This document shows, in pieces, positions 50,041-59,025 of a DNA stretch of 64,000 nucleotides. Source of the DNA: Gemmatimonadota bacterium. Its GTDB lineage: Bacteria > Gemmatimonadota > Gemmatimonadetes > Gemmatimonadales > Gemmatimonadaceae. The stretch lies in assembly GCA_040389905.1 (NCBI GenBank), contig JAZJZK010000015.1, positions 94,218 through 158,217 on the forward strand, written 5' to 3'. The notes beneath the pieces were generated by a model. That model was given only the letters and a program-made list of their open reading frames with translations, made no database searches and was not told where the DNA came from. The position numbers and the translations under genes were made by a program. The first letter of the stretch is position 1; each line of letters starts with the position of its first letter.

Positions 50041-50790
50041 CTAGAGGTCTTCCAGATCGGCGTCGGCGACGTCGAAGTTGCCCCACACCTTCTGGACGTC
50101 GTCGAGCTCCTCGAGCGCTTCGATCAATTTGAAGAGCGACGAGATCTCGTCCTTGTTGGTCACCGGCACCGTATTCTTCGGAACCATTGCCAGTTCGGCT
50201 TCGGCGGAGATGATTCCCTTCGCATCGAGCGCTGCCTTCACGGCATAGAGCGAGTTCGGCTCGGTCGTCACGATGTAAACCTCATCCTCGCGACGGAAGT
50301 CCTCGGCGCCGGCGTCGAGCGCCGCCTCAAGGGTCGCGTCCTCATCGCTGTACTTCGTTGCGTCCAGCTCGATCTGGCCCTTCTTGTCGAACATGAACGC
50401 CACGGAGCCCGGCGTTCCGAGGTTGCCGCCCGCGCGCGAGAACTTGTGGCGGACGTCGGCCACGGTGCGCGTCGGGTTGTCGGTCATCGTGTCGACGATC
50501 AGCGCGACGCCGCCGGGACCGTAGCCCTCGTACGTTGCTTCCTGAATGTCATTGCCCTTGAGCTCACCCGTGCCGTTCTTGATGGCGCGCTCGATGTTGT
50601 CCTTGGGCAGCGACTTCGCGCGCCCTGCGTCAATCGCGAGCCGAAGACGCGCGTTCGCTGCGGGATCTCCACCGCCAAGCTTGGCGGCCATCGTGATCTC
50701 GCGAATGAGCTTCGTGAACAGCACACCACGTTTGGCGTCGGTTGCCGCCTTGTAGTGCTTGATGTTCTTCCATTTACTGTGGCCGGCCAT
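50041..50790 (-). CDS. yebC: YebC/PmpR family protein
   Basis: MAGHSKWKNIKH, YEGYGPGG, TDNPTRT, LEELDDVQ.V..N. Confidence 0.96.
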   Translation of the reverse strand: MAGHSKWKNIKHYKAATDAKRGVLFTKLIREITMAAKLGGGDPAANARLRLAIDAGRAKSLPKDNIERAIKNGTGELKGNDIQEATYEGYGPGGVALIVDTMTDNPTRTVADVRHKFSRAGGNLGTPGSVAFMFDKKGQIELDATKYSDEDATLEAALDAGAEDFRREDEVYIVTTEPNSLYAVKAALDAKGIISAEAELAMVPKNTVPVTNKDEISSLFKLIEALEELDDVQKVWGNFDVADADLEDL

Positions 50791-50961
50791 ACTCGTCGGG
50801 GTGGTTGTGTAGCCTTCAAATATAGCGAACCAGCTGGCGTTCCGGCTCCAGTCGCGCCGCCGCCAGACGTGCGGCGCACCAGCTTTTGCCGCGCAGAGAG
50901 CAATAGCATAGCTTTGGCTCCCCGCAGAACGACCGGTTGGTCACTTCACCTGGTGATACTC

Positions 50962-51540
50962 ATGAAGATACTTCGAATGACGATGTCGTTGTTCGCGCTG
51001 CTGCTGTTCGTCGGTGCCGCTGCAACCGCGCAGGCGACGACCGTCACGTGCAAGGACGGGACATCATCCAAGGGCGGCCAGGGTGCCTGCAGCGGCCACG
51101 GTGGCGTCAAGGCAGACGTGAAGGCCGATGCCAAGGCTGCGAAAGCCGACGCCAAGGCGGACGCGAAGGTGGCCAAAGGCGCTGCGGACGCGAAGGTCGC
51201 GAAGGCCGACGCCAAGGCGGACGCAAAAGCCGCAAAGATCGAGGCCGATGCAAAGGCCGCGAAGGCAGACGTGAAGTCCGATGCAAAGGTCGCGAAGGCC
51301 GATGCCAAAGCAGCAAAGATCGAGGCCGATGCAAAGGCTGCGAAGGCTGAGGCGAAGGCCGACGCGAAAGTCGCCAAGGCCGATGCCAAGTCAGCGGCGA
51401 AGGCGCCTGCTAAAGCCGAGGGTGCCGCGACCGCCATGTGCGTAGACAAAACGCTCTCGTACTCCAAAACCCATCAGGGCGCGTGTTCCGGTCACGGTGG
51501 CGTGAAGGAGTGGCTGGACGGTACGGGCAAGAAGAATTGA
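50962..51540 (+). CDS. Secreted protein with two DUF3761-like domains and an AKADAK low-complexity linker
   Basis: Signal peptide; CKDGT...GACSGHGGV and C.DKT.SYS...GACSGHGGV..W flank Ala/Lys/Asp repeats. Confidence 0.85.
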   Translation: MKILRMTMSLFALLLFVGAAATAQATTVTCKDGTSSKGGQGACSGHGGVKADVKADAKAAKADAKADAKVAKGAADAKVAKADAKADAKAAKIEADAKAAKADVKSDAKVAKADAKAAKIEADAKAAKAEAKADAKVAKADAKSAAKAPAKAEGAATAMCVDKTLSYSKTHQGACSGHGGVKEWLDGTGKKN

Positions 51541-51547
51541 GTTGGCG

Positions 51548-51590
51548 AAAAAAGCCGGGGATGGCTGTTGATGCCATCCCCGGCTTCTTG
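51548..51590. terminator. Probable bidirectional intrinsic terminator
   Basis: AAAAAAGCCGGGGATGGC-tgttgat-GCCATCCCCGGCTTCTT, between convergent genes. Confidence 0.8.
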
Positions 51591-51613
51591 TCGTCAGGCT
51601 GTTTCGGCCAGCC

Positions 51614-52741
51614 TCAGGGAGCGATGCGAATTGCAACCTGTGCGCGGTAACCCGTGAGGTCGGCGCTGGTCGCCGAGGAATTGTCCGCAACCGCCAGCTT
51701 ACCCATGGTGTAGCCGACGCTCGGGTACAACAGCACCTGACCGACCTCGATCCGAGTCCGCAGTCCCAGTGTTCCGAGGTAGCTCGACTGCGAGCGCGAC
51801 TCAGCAACGCCCGGCGTCAGCACGTTCTGGAGCCAGTGCCGGCCTTCGATGCTCGGTTCCACGGTCGTACCAAACATGTGCAAGCCAAGTCCCAGATAGG
51901 CGTTCGCGATGTTTTCCGTGCCGGCGGGATCACCATTCGCATACAGTCCCGACGCGCGAAACACATTGTAGGCCGCCACCGTCACGTCGGTGCCGGAAAT
52001 GCTGTTCGTGATCGAGGTTTGCGCGATGAGACGATTGCCGGTGTTGTAGATTGACCCGCCAGCATTGTCCTCGCCGAACTTCGAATACGTGAGGCCGAGG
52101 CTCAATCGCCCGCCACCCAGCGGGTGGTCAGCGCCAACACGTGCCCGATACTCGTCGCCAGGCTGGAAGCGGAGTGTGGTTTGGCCCGGCACGTCGAACG
52201 GCGAGTATTCCGCGGAGTGACGCACGGCGCCGCCGAATCCGAAGTTCCAGTCACCCATCGGCCGTGCGATCGCGATTCCGCCCGTCATCGCGAGGCCCGT
52301 TCCCATGTTCGAGATGGGAAACGCGAGAAAATCACTGCCGATGCGTCCGGCCGCCGTGATCTGATCCGCGTTCACCGTGGACTGCCCACTGGGGAGGTTC
52401 ACGCCACCCGTGACGACGACGTAATCGGAGCCCAGGGTGAGGTTGCCGCGCACCTGTGTGTCGGTGAGGCCGCTGATTTCGCTCAGTACGGCACCGCTCG
52501 TGACGTGTGCACGCGCGTACGAAGTGCCCACGTCGAGGGTGAAGCGTGAGCCGAACGGGATCGTCACGAAGATCGGCACGGCGAGCTGCGAGATCGTCTC
52601 GTTACTCGGCGCGTGAATCTGGTACTGAAGAAACTGCGGAGCGAAGCGGAGTTCGCTGTCGAAAACCGACTGTGCGCCAAGCGTCGGCGCGAGTGCCGCG
52701 ACTAGCGCGACGGAGAGGAGTCTTTGCATGTGCGAGTTCAT
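51614..52741 (-). CDS. Putative outer-membrane beta-barrel protein
   Basis: Signal peptide; alternating amphipathic strands; SGLTDTQVR and NLPSG motifs recall MetA-pathway/transporter-type barrels. Confidence 0.7.
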   Translation of the reverse strand: MNSHMQRLLSVALVAALAPTLGAQSVFDSELRFAPQFLQYQIHAPSNETISQLAVPIFVTIPFGSRFTLDVGTSYARAHVTSGAVLSEISGLTDTQVRGNLTLGSDYVVVTGGVNLPSGQSTVNADQITAAGRIGSDFLAFPISNMGTGLAMTGGIAIARPMGDWNFGFGGAVRHSAEYSPFDVPGQTTLRFQPGDEYRARVGADHPLGGGRLSLGLTYSKFGEDNAGGSIYNTGNRLIAQTSITNSISGTDVTVAAYNVFRASGLYANGDPAGTENIANAYLGLGLHMFGTTVEPSIEGRHWLQNVLTPGVAESRSQSSYLGTLGLRTRIEVGQVLLYPSVGYTMGKLAVADNSSATSADLTGYRAQVAIRIAP

Positions 52742-52743
52742 GA

Positions 52744-54111
52744 CTATGGGCGCCGAATGACGATGGTCACTTTCGCCGTGCCGGTGGGGTTGTCGCTTCC
52801 CGTGCCAGACGACACGGGATCCTTCGTGCCGGGTGCCGAGCCGCCACCACCGCTACTGGTTGAGCCAGACGCCGCCGCGGTGCCGGTGGGCGATGGATTC
52901 AAGCTTTCCGCGGTCGCCTGCGCCGCAGCTGCGACATTGACTGGAGGCGTGTTTGCCGCTGCCGGCTCGCCGCGCGCGACGGCGTTCACAACAGCCCCCT
53001 CGCTCGTACCTTTGAGGCTCGTTTCGACGGTGGTCACCGTCACGTTGGTTCCCGCGTTCACGGCGCGAATTTCCTGCCCCTTCGTCTGCGCGGCGTTGAA
53101 GCCTGGATCGATGCGAACGGCCTCGTTGAAGTAGCGCCCCGCGTCGTCGTAGCGGCCCTGATCTTCTGCCACCAGGCCGTTGCTGTACGCCAGGAATGCC
53201 TGAAGTGACCGAGTCGGACGCTGCTCGATCAGATTGCGTTCCTGCACCGTGAGCGTGACGCCCAGGGAATTGAACAGGTTGAGCGCAATCGTCTTCTCGA
53301 GGTTGAAGACCTGATCGAGGACATCGCTGCCCGTCGTCGGATTCCCGACCTGACTCGTGGGGACGTCGACGACGGCGGCGTCGACGCGAAGGTTCTCGGC
53401 GCCGACCTGGTTGATCGTCCCAGACACCAGGCGTCCGGCGCGAAGCAACTTGCCTGCGCGCACGTTCGTGGTGGCATCCGTTGCGCCGCTCGTCTGCAGC
53501 TTGATCTCATCGAGCAGCGCCTGCATCCGTGACCGCTCCACGAGGGTGAGTTGCGACGAACGAGCGAGATCGGTCGTCAGCAAGTCCGCAAATCCACGCT
53601 CCAGGGGACGGAGCGTCGAATCGGTGCCGGAGAAGCGCAGCGGGAGCACCGCAACGGTTCGCGGGTTGCTCGGCTGGCTGCCGATGGACGATTCCTGCGC
53701 AACGGCCGCCTTGGCTTCGGCCGCGATTTCCTTGCGTGCCAAGGCAGCAAGACGGGACTGAAGCTGGCCGCGGACGCGGCTGGTCTTGCCCACCTGGATG
53801 TACGACGAATAGGCCGCCTTCGCCGCGGGCAGGTCGCCCAACGCTTCGTCCGTCAATCCGAGGTACAACAATGTAGTGCCGTCCTTGGGGTCCAGCTTCT
53901 GCGACGTTTCCAGCGACGTCCGCGCTTCACGCAAGCGCTCCGTCCTGAAATACGCGATGCCGAGAGACCGGTTGACGGCTGCATCGTTCGGCTTGGAGCG
54001 CTGCTGCTGCTCGAGCTTCGTGACGGACTCTGCTGCGGTCATGCCAACAGTCGCGCAGGCCGTGAGACTGGCGAAGGCCAGGGTCGAGATGATTGTCTGA
54101 TAGTGACGCAT
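52744..54111 (-). CDS. TPR + CsgG/FlgO-like domain lipoprotein
   Basis: Lipobox LTAC; TPRs; VAVLP...ADLLTTDL...LVERSRMQALLDE..LQ.SG...GKLL.A..LVSG; Ser/Gly-rich tail. Confidence 0.8.
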   Translation of the reverse strand: MRHYQTIISTLAFASLTACATVGMTAAESVTKLEQQQRSKPNDAAVNRSLGIAYFRTERLREARTSLETSQKLDPKDGTTLLYLGLTDEALGDLPAAKAAYSSYIQVGKTSRVRGQLQSRLAALARKEIAAEAKAAVAQESSIGSQPSNPRTVAVLPLRFSGTDSTLRPLERGFADLLTTDLARSSQLTLVERSRMQALLDEIKLQTSGATDATTNVRAGKLLRAGRLVSGTINQVGAENLRVDAAVVDVPTSQVGNPTTGSDVLDQVFNLEKTIALNLFNSLGVTLTVQERNLIEQRPTRSLQAFLAYSNGLVAEDQGRYDDAGRYFNEAVRIDPGFNAAQTKGQEIRAVNAGTNVTVTTVETSLKGTSEGAVVNAVARGEPAAANTPPVNVAAAAQATAESLNPSPTGTAAASGSTSSGGGGSAPGTKDPVSSGTGSDNPTGTAKVTIVIRRP

Positions 54112-54122
54112 GCAACCGCCTC

Positions 54123-54974
54123 CTAGCGGTCGGGGTCCAGCATGTCTTCAAAGCGCATCCATTGCGCGTAGAAGTACAGATCCACGTAACCCGTGCTGCC
54201 GTTTCGATTCTTTCGGACCAAAAGCTCGGTCGCGCCCTCAATTTCCCTGGCGCTATCGTACATCCCTTCGCGGAAGAGTGCGAGTACCACGTCACCGCGT
54301 TCCTTGATCGCTCCCTGGGCTCCGAAGTCGTCCAGGAGTGGACGGCGGTCATTTCGCGCTACCAGCCCCGGCAGCGGAGCCGTGACGAGCACGGCGACGC
54401 GAACATCCAGCGCCAACTGCTTCAGCGCGCGCACCGCGGTGGCAGCCTCCTCCTCGGTCGATCGTTCACCTGGAAGTGCGGCATACAGCCCGTCCACGAC
54501 GACCAGTTGCAGCCCGCGCTGCGTCGCAACCTCGTCCCGGATCCCAGCGACCCCGGTCGTCGGCAGCCGCTCGATGATGGGCAGGTCATCGCGCATACGA
54601 ACTGCCGCCGCGCCAACCCCAGCCCGCGTCACCTCGTTCAACGTGCCGCGCCGGAGGTCATCGATGCGCGTCCGTCCTTCGATCGCGAGCGCCCGCTCGA
54701 GGACGCGCTCGGGCAACATTTCACCGGAATAGAAGATCGTCGAGCGTTGGTCTTGCGAGGCGCGCAGCGCGATGGCGAGTGACAGGGCGCTCTTTCCGCA
54801 GCCGACGTCTCCACCGAGCACGACGAGGTCACCGCGCCGCAGTCCGCCGCCAAGCAATTTGTCGAGGCTCGGGAAGCCTGACGGGACGGTGTCCGCCGAC
54901 GGGCCCCCGTCCGCGACAGCGTCGACACGGCCCAACAGCTGAGACAGGGGAGAGATATCGGCACCTCGAGGCAT
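54123..54974 (-). CDS. DnaB-like helicase, C-terminal (RecA-fold) domain only, with divergent motifs
   Basis: SGFPSLD.LLGGGL..GDLVVLGG..G.GKS, YSGEM, LK.LA, RP.LDD, KNRNG.TG; 283 aa with no N-terminal domain. Confidence 0.85.
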   Translation of the reverse strand: MPRGADISPLSQLLGRVDAVADGGPSADTVPSGFPSLDKLLGGGLRRGDLVVLGGDVGCGKSALSLAIALRASQDQRSTIFYSGEMLPERVLERALAIEGRTRIDDLRRGTLNEVTRAGVGAAAVRMRDDLPIIERLPTTGVAGIRDEVATQRGLQLVVVDGLYAALPGERSTEEEAATAVRALKQLALDVRVAVLVTAPLPGLVARNDRRPLLDDFGAQGAIKERGDVVLALFREGMYDSAREIEGATELLVRKNRNGSTGYVDLYFYAQWMRFEDMLDPDR

Positions 54975-55041
54975 GGCCCAAGATAGGGGTGCCTCAGCAA
55001 AGTGAGCAATGACGAGCATCACAGAACGGCCGGCACACCGG

Positions 55042-55440
55042 TCAGTCGGTCGAGAGCACTGCGATGAGGGTCTGCATTTCGTTCCGCGATGGCGCGTCCA
55101 GAAACATCGTTGCCGCAGCGAGCAACGAGGCCAATTCTCTCGAAACCGGCGCCCTGTCGGCGCCCGCGCTCAACTCTGCACATCGCGTGACCGGGCCGCG
55201 AATGGCGGCGGGCAGGGTGATGGCCCCGAGCCACGCCTTGGCGCCTGCTGCGCGCTCCGCGAGGGCGTCGGGGTCGTCATGAGCGAGTACCGCGCTCTCC
55301 GCGGCAAGGCGGGCTGCGACGAAACAGGCCAACGCGACCTCTCGTGCGCCCCCGATCTGCGCGCGCCCCGCGAGGTTGGCGAGATGTCGAAAGCGAAATG
55401 CGGGCGCCGCGAGGGCATACGGAGGCAGTGTGGGGGGCAC
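55042..55440 (-). CDS. Hypothetical Ala-rich helical protein
   Basis: GTG 55440 preceded by a CATCTT box; the longer ORF-track start runs into a repeat element. Confidence 0.7.
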   Translation of the reverse strand: MPPTLPPYALAAPAFRFRHLANLAGRAQIGGAREVALACFVAARLAAESAVLAHDDPDALAERAAGAKAWLGAITLPAAIRGPVTRCAELSAGADRAPVSRELASLLAAATMFLDAPSRNEMQTLIAVLSTD

Positions 55441-55454
55441 GTGGGAAAGATGGC

Positions 55455-55612
55455 GGGGACAGGGGACAGGGGACAGGGGAAGGGGCGAGGGCTCCGGCTT
55501 TGGCTGGGGCCGCTCAGCTGGCTGAGGGCTCCCGTTCGTTTTGTCGCCCTGAGCGAAGCGAAGGGCCCGCACCTGCGGTTCCTGTCCCCTGACTCCTGTC
55601 TCCTGTCTCCTG
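55455..55612. repeat. Heptamer tandem-repeat arms (GGGGACA / TCCTGTC) enclosing a 36-bp REP-like unit
   Basis: (GGGGACA)x3 at 55455-55475; TTTTGTCGCCCTGAGCGAAGCGAAGGGCCCGCACCT at 55539-55574; complementary heptamers at 55580-55612. Confidence 0.9.
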
Positions 55613-55625
55613 TTACCTTTCCAAA

Positions 55626-57188
55626 ATGCCCCATCAGGTGAAAGCCGTCCTCTGGGTCGACGATGAGGCGGATCTGCTCGAGCCGCATCGCATCTTCTTG
55701 CAAGACAAGGGGTTCGAGGTTCAAATGGCGACCAATGCGGACGATGCCGCTGAGCTCGTTCGTCGCCGCCCGTTCGACCTCGTTCTTCTCGACGAGCAAA
55801 TGCCCGGCACGCGCGGTCTGGAGGCCCTCAAGGAACTTCGCGAGATCGAGCCGAACCTCCAGATCGTCATGGTCACCAAGAGCGAGGAAGACACCACGCT
55901 CAACGAGGCGCTCGGCAAGAACATCGGTGGGTACCTCGTCAAGCCGGTGACCCCCCGGCAGGTCTACGCGATGGTGGCGCGACTGCTCGAGGGACCGCGG
56001 ATTCGGCAACAGGCCGTCGCCCGCGCCTTTGTCGATCGCTTTCGCGCCATGCAGTTCGAATCGCTCCGTGACCTCGATTGGCGCGGCTGGATCGACCGGT
56101 ATCTCGAGATCGTTCAGTGGGATCTCGATCTCGCCTCTGCCAACGAGATGGGACTCCACGAATCGCTGCGCGGCCTCTTTCCCGAGCTTCGGCGCGAGTT
56201 CGCACAGTACATGGCGCGAGCCTATCCGGAATGGCTCGCCACCCTGGCCGGTGACCGTCCTCCGCTCTCGATCGACATCGTGAGTGAGTACTTGATGCCG
56301 GTGATTGCGCAGGACAAGGCGGCCGCCTTCATCGTCATTGATTGCCTGCGTCTCGATCAATGGAAGGTAATCGAGCCAGTCATCGCGCCCCTCTTCGAGA
56401 TCGAGACGACGCACTATTTCGGTGTGCTCCCCACGGCGACGCCCTATGCGCGGAATGCGCTGTTCAGCGGACTTTTTCCCAATGAGATCGCCGCCCGCTT
56501 CCCCGACTGGTGGGGTGAGCGGGAGGACGAAACGCTCAATGCGCACGAGAAGGAATTGCTCGAGGCACAGCTCGTGGAGATGGATCGAAAGGTGCCCGTG
56601 AAATACGACAAGATTTCGTCGTCGCACGAGGCAGATGAGCTGGAGCGCCGCCTCGCCAACGCCATCGCGCCGGAAGGCATCAGCGCGTTCGTCTTCAACT
56701 TCGTCGACCTGCTCACGCACGGACGCTCGGAATCCGCCATCCTCTACGAAGTCGCTCGAGACGAGATTGCACTGCGCCAGCTCACCCTCCAGTGGTTCAA
56801 GCGCTCGGCGCTCTTCAGCGTGCTCCAGGAGGCGGCGCGCCGCAAGGTCCGCGTCGTGGTGACCAGCGACCATGGCTCGATTCACTGCCACACGCCGGCT
56901 ACCGTCTTTGCCAAGCGCGACGCGACGCAGAACCTTCGCTACAAGTTTGGCGAGGATCTCAGAGCCGAGAACCCCGATTATGCGCTGCTCTTCCGGAACG
57001 AGGATTCATTGAAGCTGCCGCGCCGCGGGCTCGGCGCGAACACGTTGCTGGCTGCCGGCGACACCTTCTTCGTGTATCCCACGAAGTTGCGCGAATACCA
57101 AAGCCGCTATCGCGGATCGTTCCTGCATGGCGGCGTGACACCGGAAGAGTGCATTCTTCCGGTCTCGCTTCTCACGCCAAAGCGCTAA
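55626..57188 (+). CDS. PorX-like response regulator (REC plus PglZ/alkaline-phosphatase domain)
   Basis: LWVDDE, LLDEQMPG, MVTKSEE, IDCLRLDQW, LPTATPYARNALFSG, FNFVDLLTH, TSDHG, HGGVTPEE. Confidence 0.9.
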   Translation: MPHQVKAVLWVDDEADLLEPHRIFLQDKGFEVQMATNADDAAELVRRRPFDLVLLDEQMPGTRGLEALKELREIEPNLQIVMVTKSEEDTTLNEALGKNIGGYLVKPVTPRQVYAMVARLLEGPRIRQQAVARAFVDRFRAMQFESLRDLDWRGWIDRYLEIVQWDLDLASANEMGLHESLRGLFPELRREFAQYMARAYPEWLATLAGDRPPLSIDIVSEYLMPVIAQDKAAAFIVIDCLRLDQWKVIEPVIAPLFEIETTHYFGVLPTATPYARNALFSGLFPNEIAARFPDWWGEREDETLNAHEKELLEAQLVEMDRKVPVKYDKISSSHEADELERRLANAIAPEGISAFVFNFVDLLTHGRSESAILYEVARDEIALRQLTLQWFKRSALFSVLQEAARRKVRVVVTSDHGSIHCHTPATVFAKRDATQNLRYKFGEDLRAENPDYALLFRNEDSLKLPRRGLGANTLLAAGDTFFVYPTKLREYQSRYRGSFLHGGVTPEECILPVSLLTPKR

Positions 57189-57190
57189 GT

Positions 57191-59011
57191 ATGTACCGTC
57201 GCCTGTTGCCATACCTGCGCCCTCACGCGTGGCGAATGGGCGGCACCATTGCGTGCAACATCGTCGCGGCTGCGCTCGATGTCTTTTCGTTCACCCTGCT
57301 GGTGCCCTTCCTCAACGCACTGTTCAAGGCGGACCAATACATCCCGCTGACCAGTGCGAAGTGGATCTCCTCGCTCCAGCAGCGGCTCGTCGGCGCGTTC
57401 CTCGATCCCGCCGATCCGTTCGGCTCCGTACAAGTCATGATCGTGGCGATCCTTGCCATCGTCGCGATCAAGAACGTGTTCGTCTGGCTCGGCGGACAGC
57501 TTGGCGCAGCGCTGCAGGAGAACGTCACGCGCGATCTTCGCGACAGCGTCTTCACACACCTCCAACGTCTTCCGCTCAGCTATTTCCAGCGCACCAAGAC
57601 GGGCCAGATCATTTCGCGTGTGCTCTCCGATACGGAGCAAACGAAGGCGCTCATCACGGAACTGGTGACGAAGACGCTGCAGAATGTCGCACAGATCCTC
57701 GGGACGATCGTCATCCTGATGGGCTATTCGGTGCGGCTGACCTTCGTCGCGCTGGTGATTGCGCCGTTGCTCACGCTCGCACTCCAGCCGATCCTGCGAA
57801 AGCTGCGCAAGGGCCACCGCCGCCTGCGTGGCGACTATGGCGAGATCACGAGTGTGCTGCAGGAAGTCGTGAGTGGCGTGCGCCTCGTGAAGTCATTTCG
57901 CGGCGAGCGGTATGAGGACGGGCGCTTTACCGACGCGAGTCATCGCTACTCGTCCGGCATGGTCCGGATCACCAGAATTTCCTTTCTGTCGCAACCGATG
58001 ACGGAACTGATCGGGACGTCCGTTGCCGTGCTCATTCTCTGGATCGGCGCGAGGGAAGTCCTCCTGGGCGGCGGCGCGATGGACGGTGCGACGCTCATCA
58101 CCTTCATGATCATGGTGATGCGCATGCTGCCGCCGCTCAAGCAATTGTCGCAGGCGCCCACGACGGCGCAGCAGAGTTTCGCCTCGGCGGAACGATTGTT
58201 CGAGGTGCTCGACCTGCCCACCGAACACCAGGTCGATCGCGGGAAGACGACGGTATCGACACTCGAGGATGCGTTGGTCTTCGATCGCGTGACGTTCTCG
58301 TATGGCGAGGAGCCTGTCCTCCGCGATGTCAGCTTCGTGGCGAAACGGGGGGAGGTCATCGCGCTCGTCGGAGCCAGTGGCTCTGGGAAGAGCACCCTCG
58401 TCGACCTCATTCCCCGCTTTTACGAGCCGACGTCCGGCACGATTCGGCTGGATGGCGTCGACACGCGCGACATCGCACTTGCGTCACTTCGCGGGCTCAC
58501 GGGAATCGTGAGCCAGGATACGGTCCTGTTCAACGACACCGTGCGGAGCAACATCGCCTACGGTGCGTCCGAACGTTTCACCGATGCGCAGATCGAGGTG
58601 GCCGCGCGGGCGGCGAATGCCCACACCTTCATCATGGAGTTGCCGCAGGGGTATGCCACCGTGCTCGGCGAGCGCGGAACGCGCCTGTCCGGAGGCCAGC
58701 GGCAACGGCTTGCCATCGCACGCGCGCTGCTCACCGATCCGCCGATACTCATCCTCGACGAAGCCACCTCCGCGCTGGACACCGAGTCGGAACGTCTCGT
58801 GCAAGAGGCGATCGACCGCTTGCTGGCGGGCCGCACGGTCTTCGTTATCGCGCACCGTCTCTCCACGATCGTGCACGCCGATCAGATTCTTGTCCTGGAC
58901 CGCGGAGAAATCATCGAGCGAGGAACGCATGCGGAGCTACTGGCGCGGCGAGGGGCGTACAATCGCCTGCACGACGCGCAGCGTAATCGGAACGAAGGCG
59001 ACGCCGCATGA
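57191..59011 (+). CDS. msbA: MsbA-like ABC exporter (permease plus ATPase)
   Basis: TM domain, GASGSGKST, LSGGQRQR, ILDEATSALD, IAHRLST; clustered with a GT4 and lpxL. Confidence 0.85.
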   Translation: MYRRLLPYLRPHAWRMGGTIACNIVAAALDVFSFTLLVPFLNALFKADQYIPLTSAKWISSLQQRLVGAFLDPADPFGSVQVMIVAILAIVAIKNVFVWLGGQLGAALQENVTRDLRDSVFTHLQRLPLSYFQRTKTGQIISRVLSDTEQTKALITELVTKTLQNVAQILGTIVILMGYSVRLTFVALVIAPLLTLALQPILRKLRKGHRRLRGDYGEITSVLQEVVSGVRLVKSFRGERYEDGRFTDASHRYSSGMVRITRISFLSQPMTELIGTSVAVLILWIGAREVLLGGGAMDGATLITFMIMVMRMLPPLKQLSQAPTTAQQSFASAERLFEVLDLPTEHQVDRGKTTVSTLEDALVFDRVTFSYGEEPVLRDVSFVAKRGEVIALVGASGSGKSTLVDLIPRFYEPTSGTIRLDGVDTRDIALASLRGLTGIVSQDTVLFNDTVRSNIAYGASERFTDAQIEVAARAANAHTFIMELPQGYATVLGERGTRLSGGQRQRLAIARALLTDPPILILDEATSALDTESERLVQEAIDRLLAGRTVFVIAHRLSTIVHADQILVLDRGEIIERGTHAELLARRGAYNRLHDAQRNRNEGDAA

Positions 59012-59025
59012 ACGGTGACTGATCG

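Noticed and set aside
49993..50961. N-terminal 320 aa of ORF 49993-51540
   Set aside because: Mostly antisense to yebC; the real protein starts with a signal peptide at 50962. Similar over-extensions were trimmed for the dppA-like, NlpC/P60, yajC, msbA, dppC-like, ruvA and NPP genes.
54123..54974. Prophage or plasmid replication module
   Set aside because: No primase, integrase or structural genes; composition looks like the flanking DNA.
55170..56891. 573-aa minus-strand ORF
   Set aside because: Shadow of the PorX-like gene, running through a repeat element.
55626..57188. BREX defence system (PglZ domain)
   Set aside because: It has a REC-fused PorX architecture, and no pglX, brxC or brxL is nearby.
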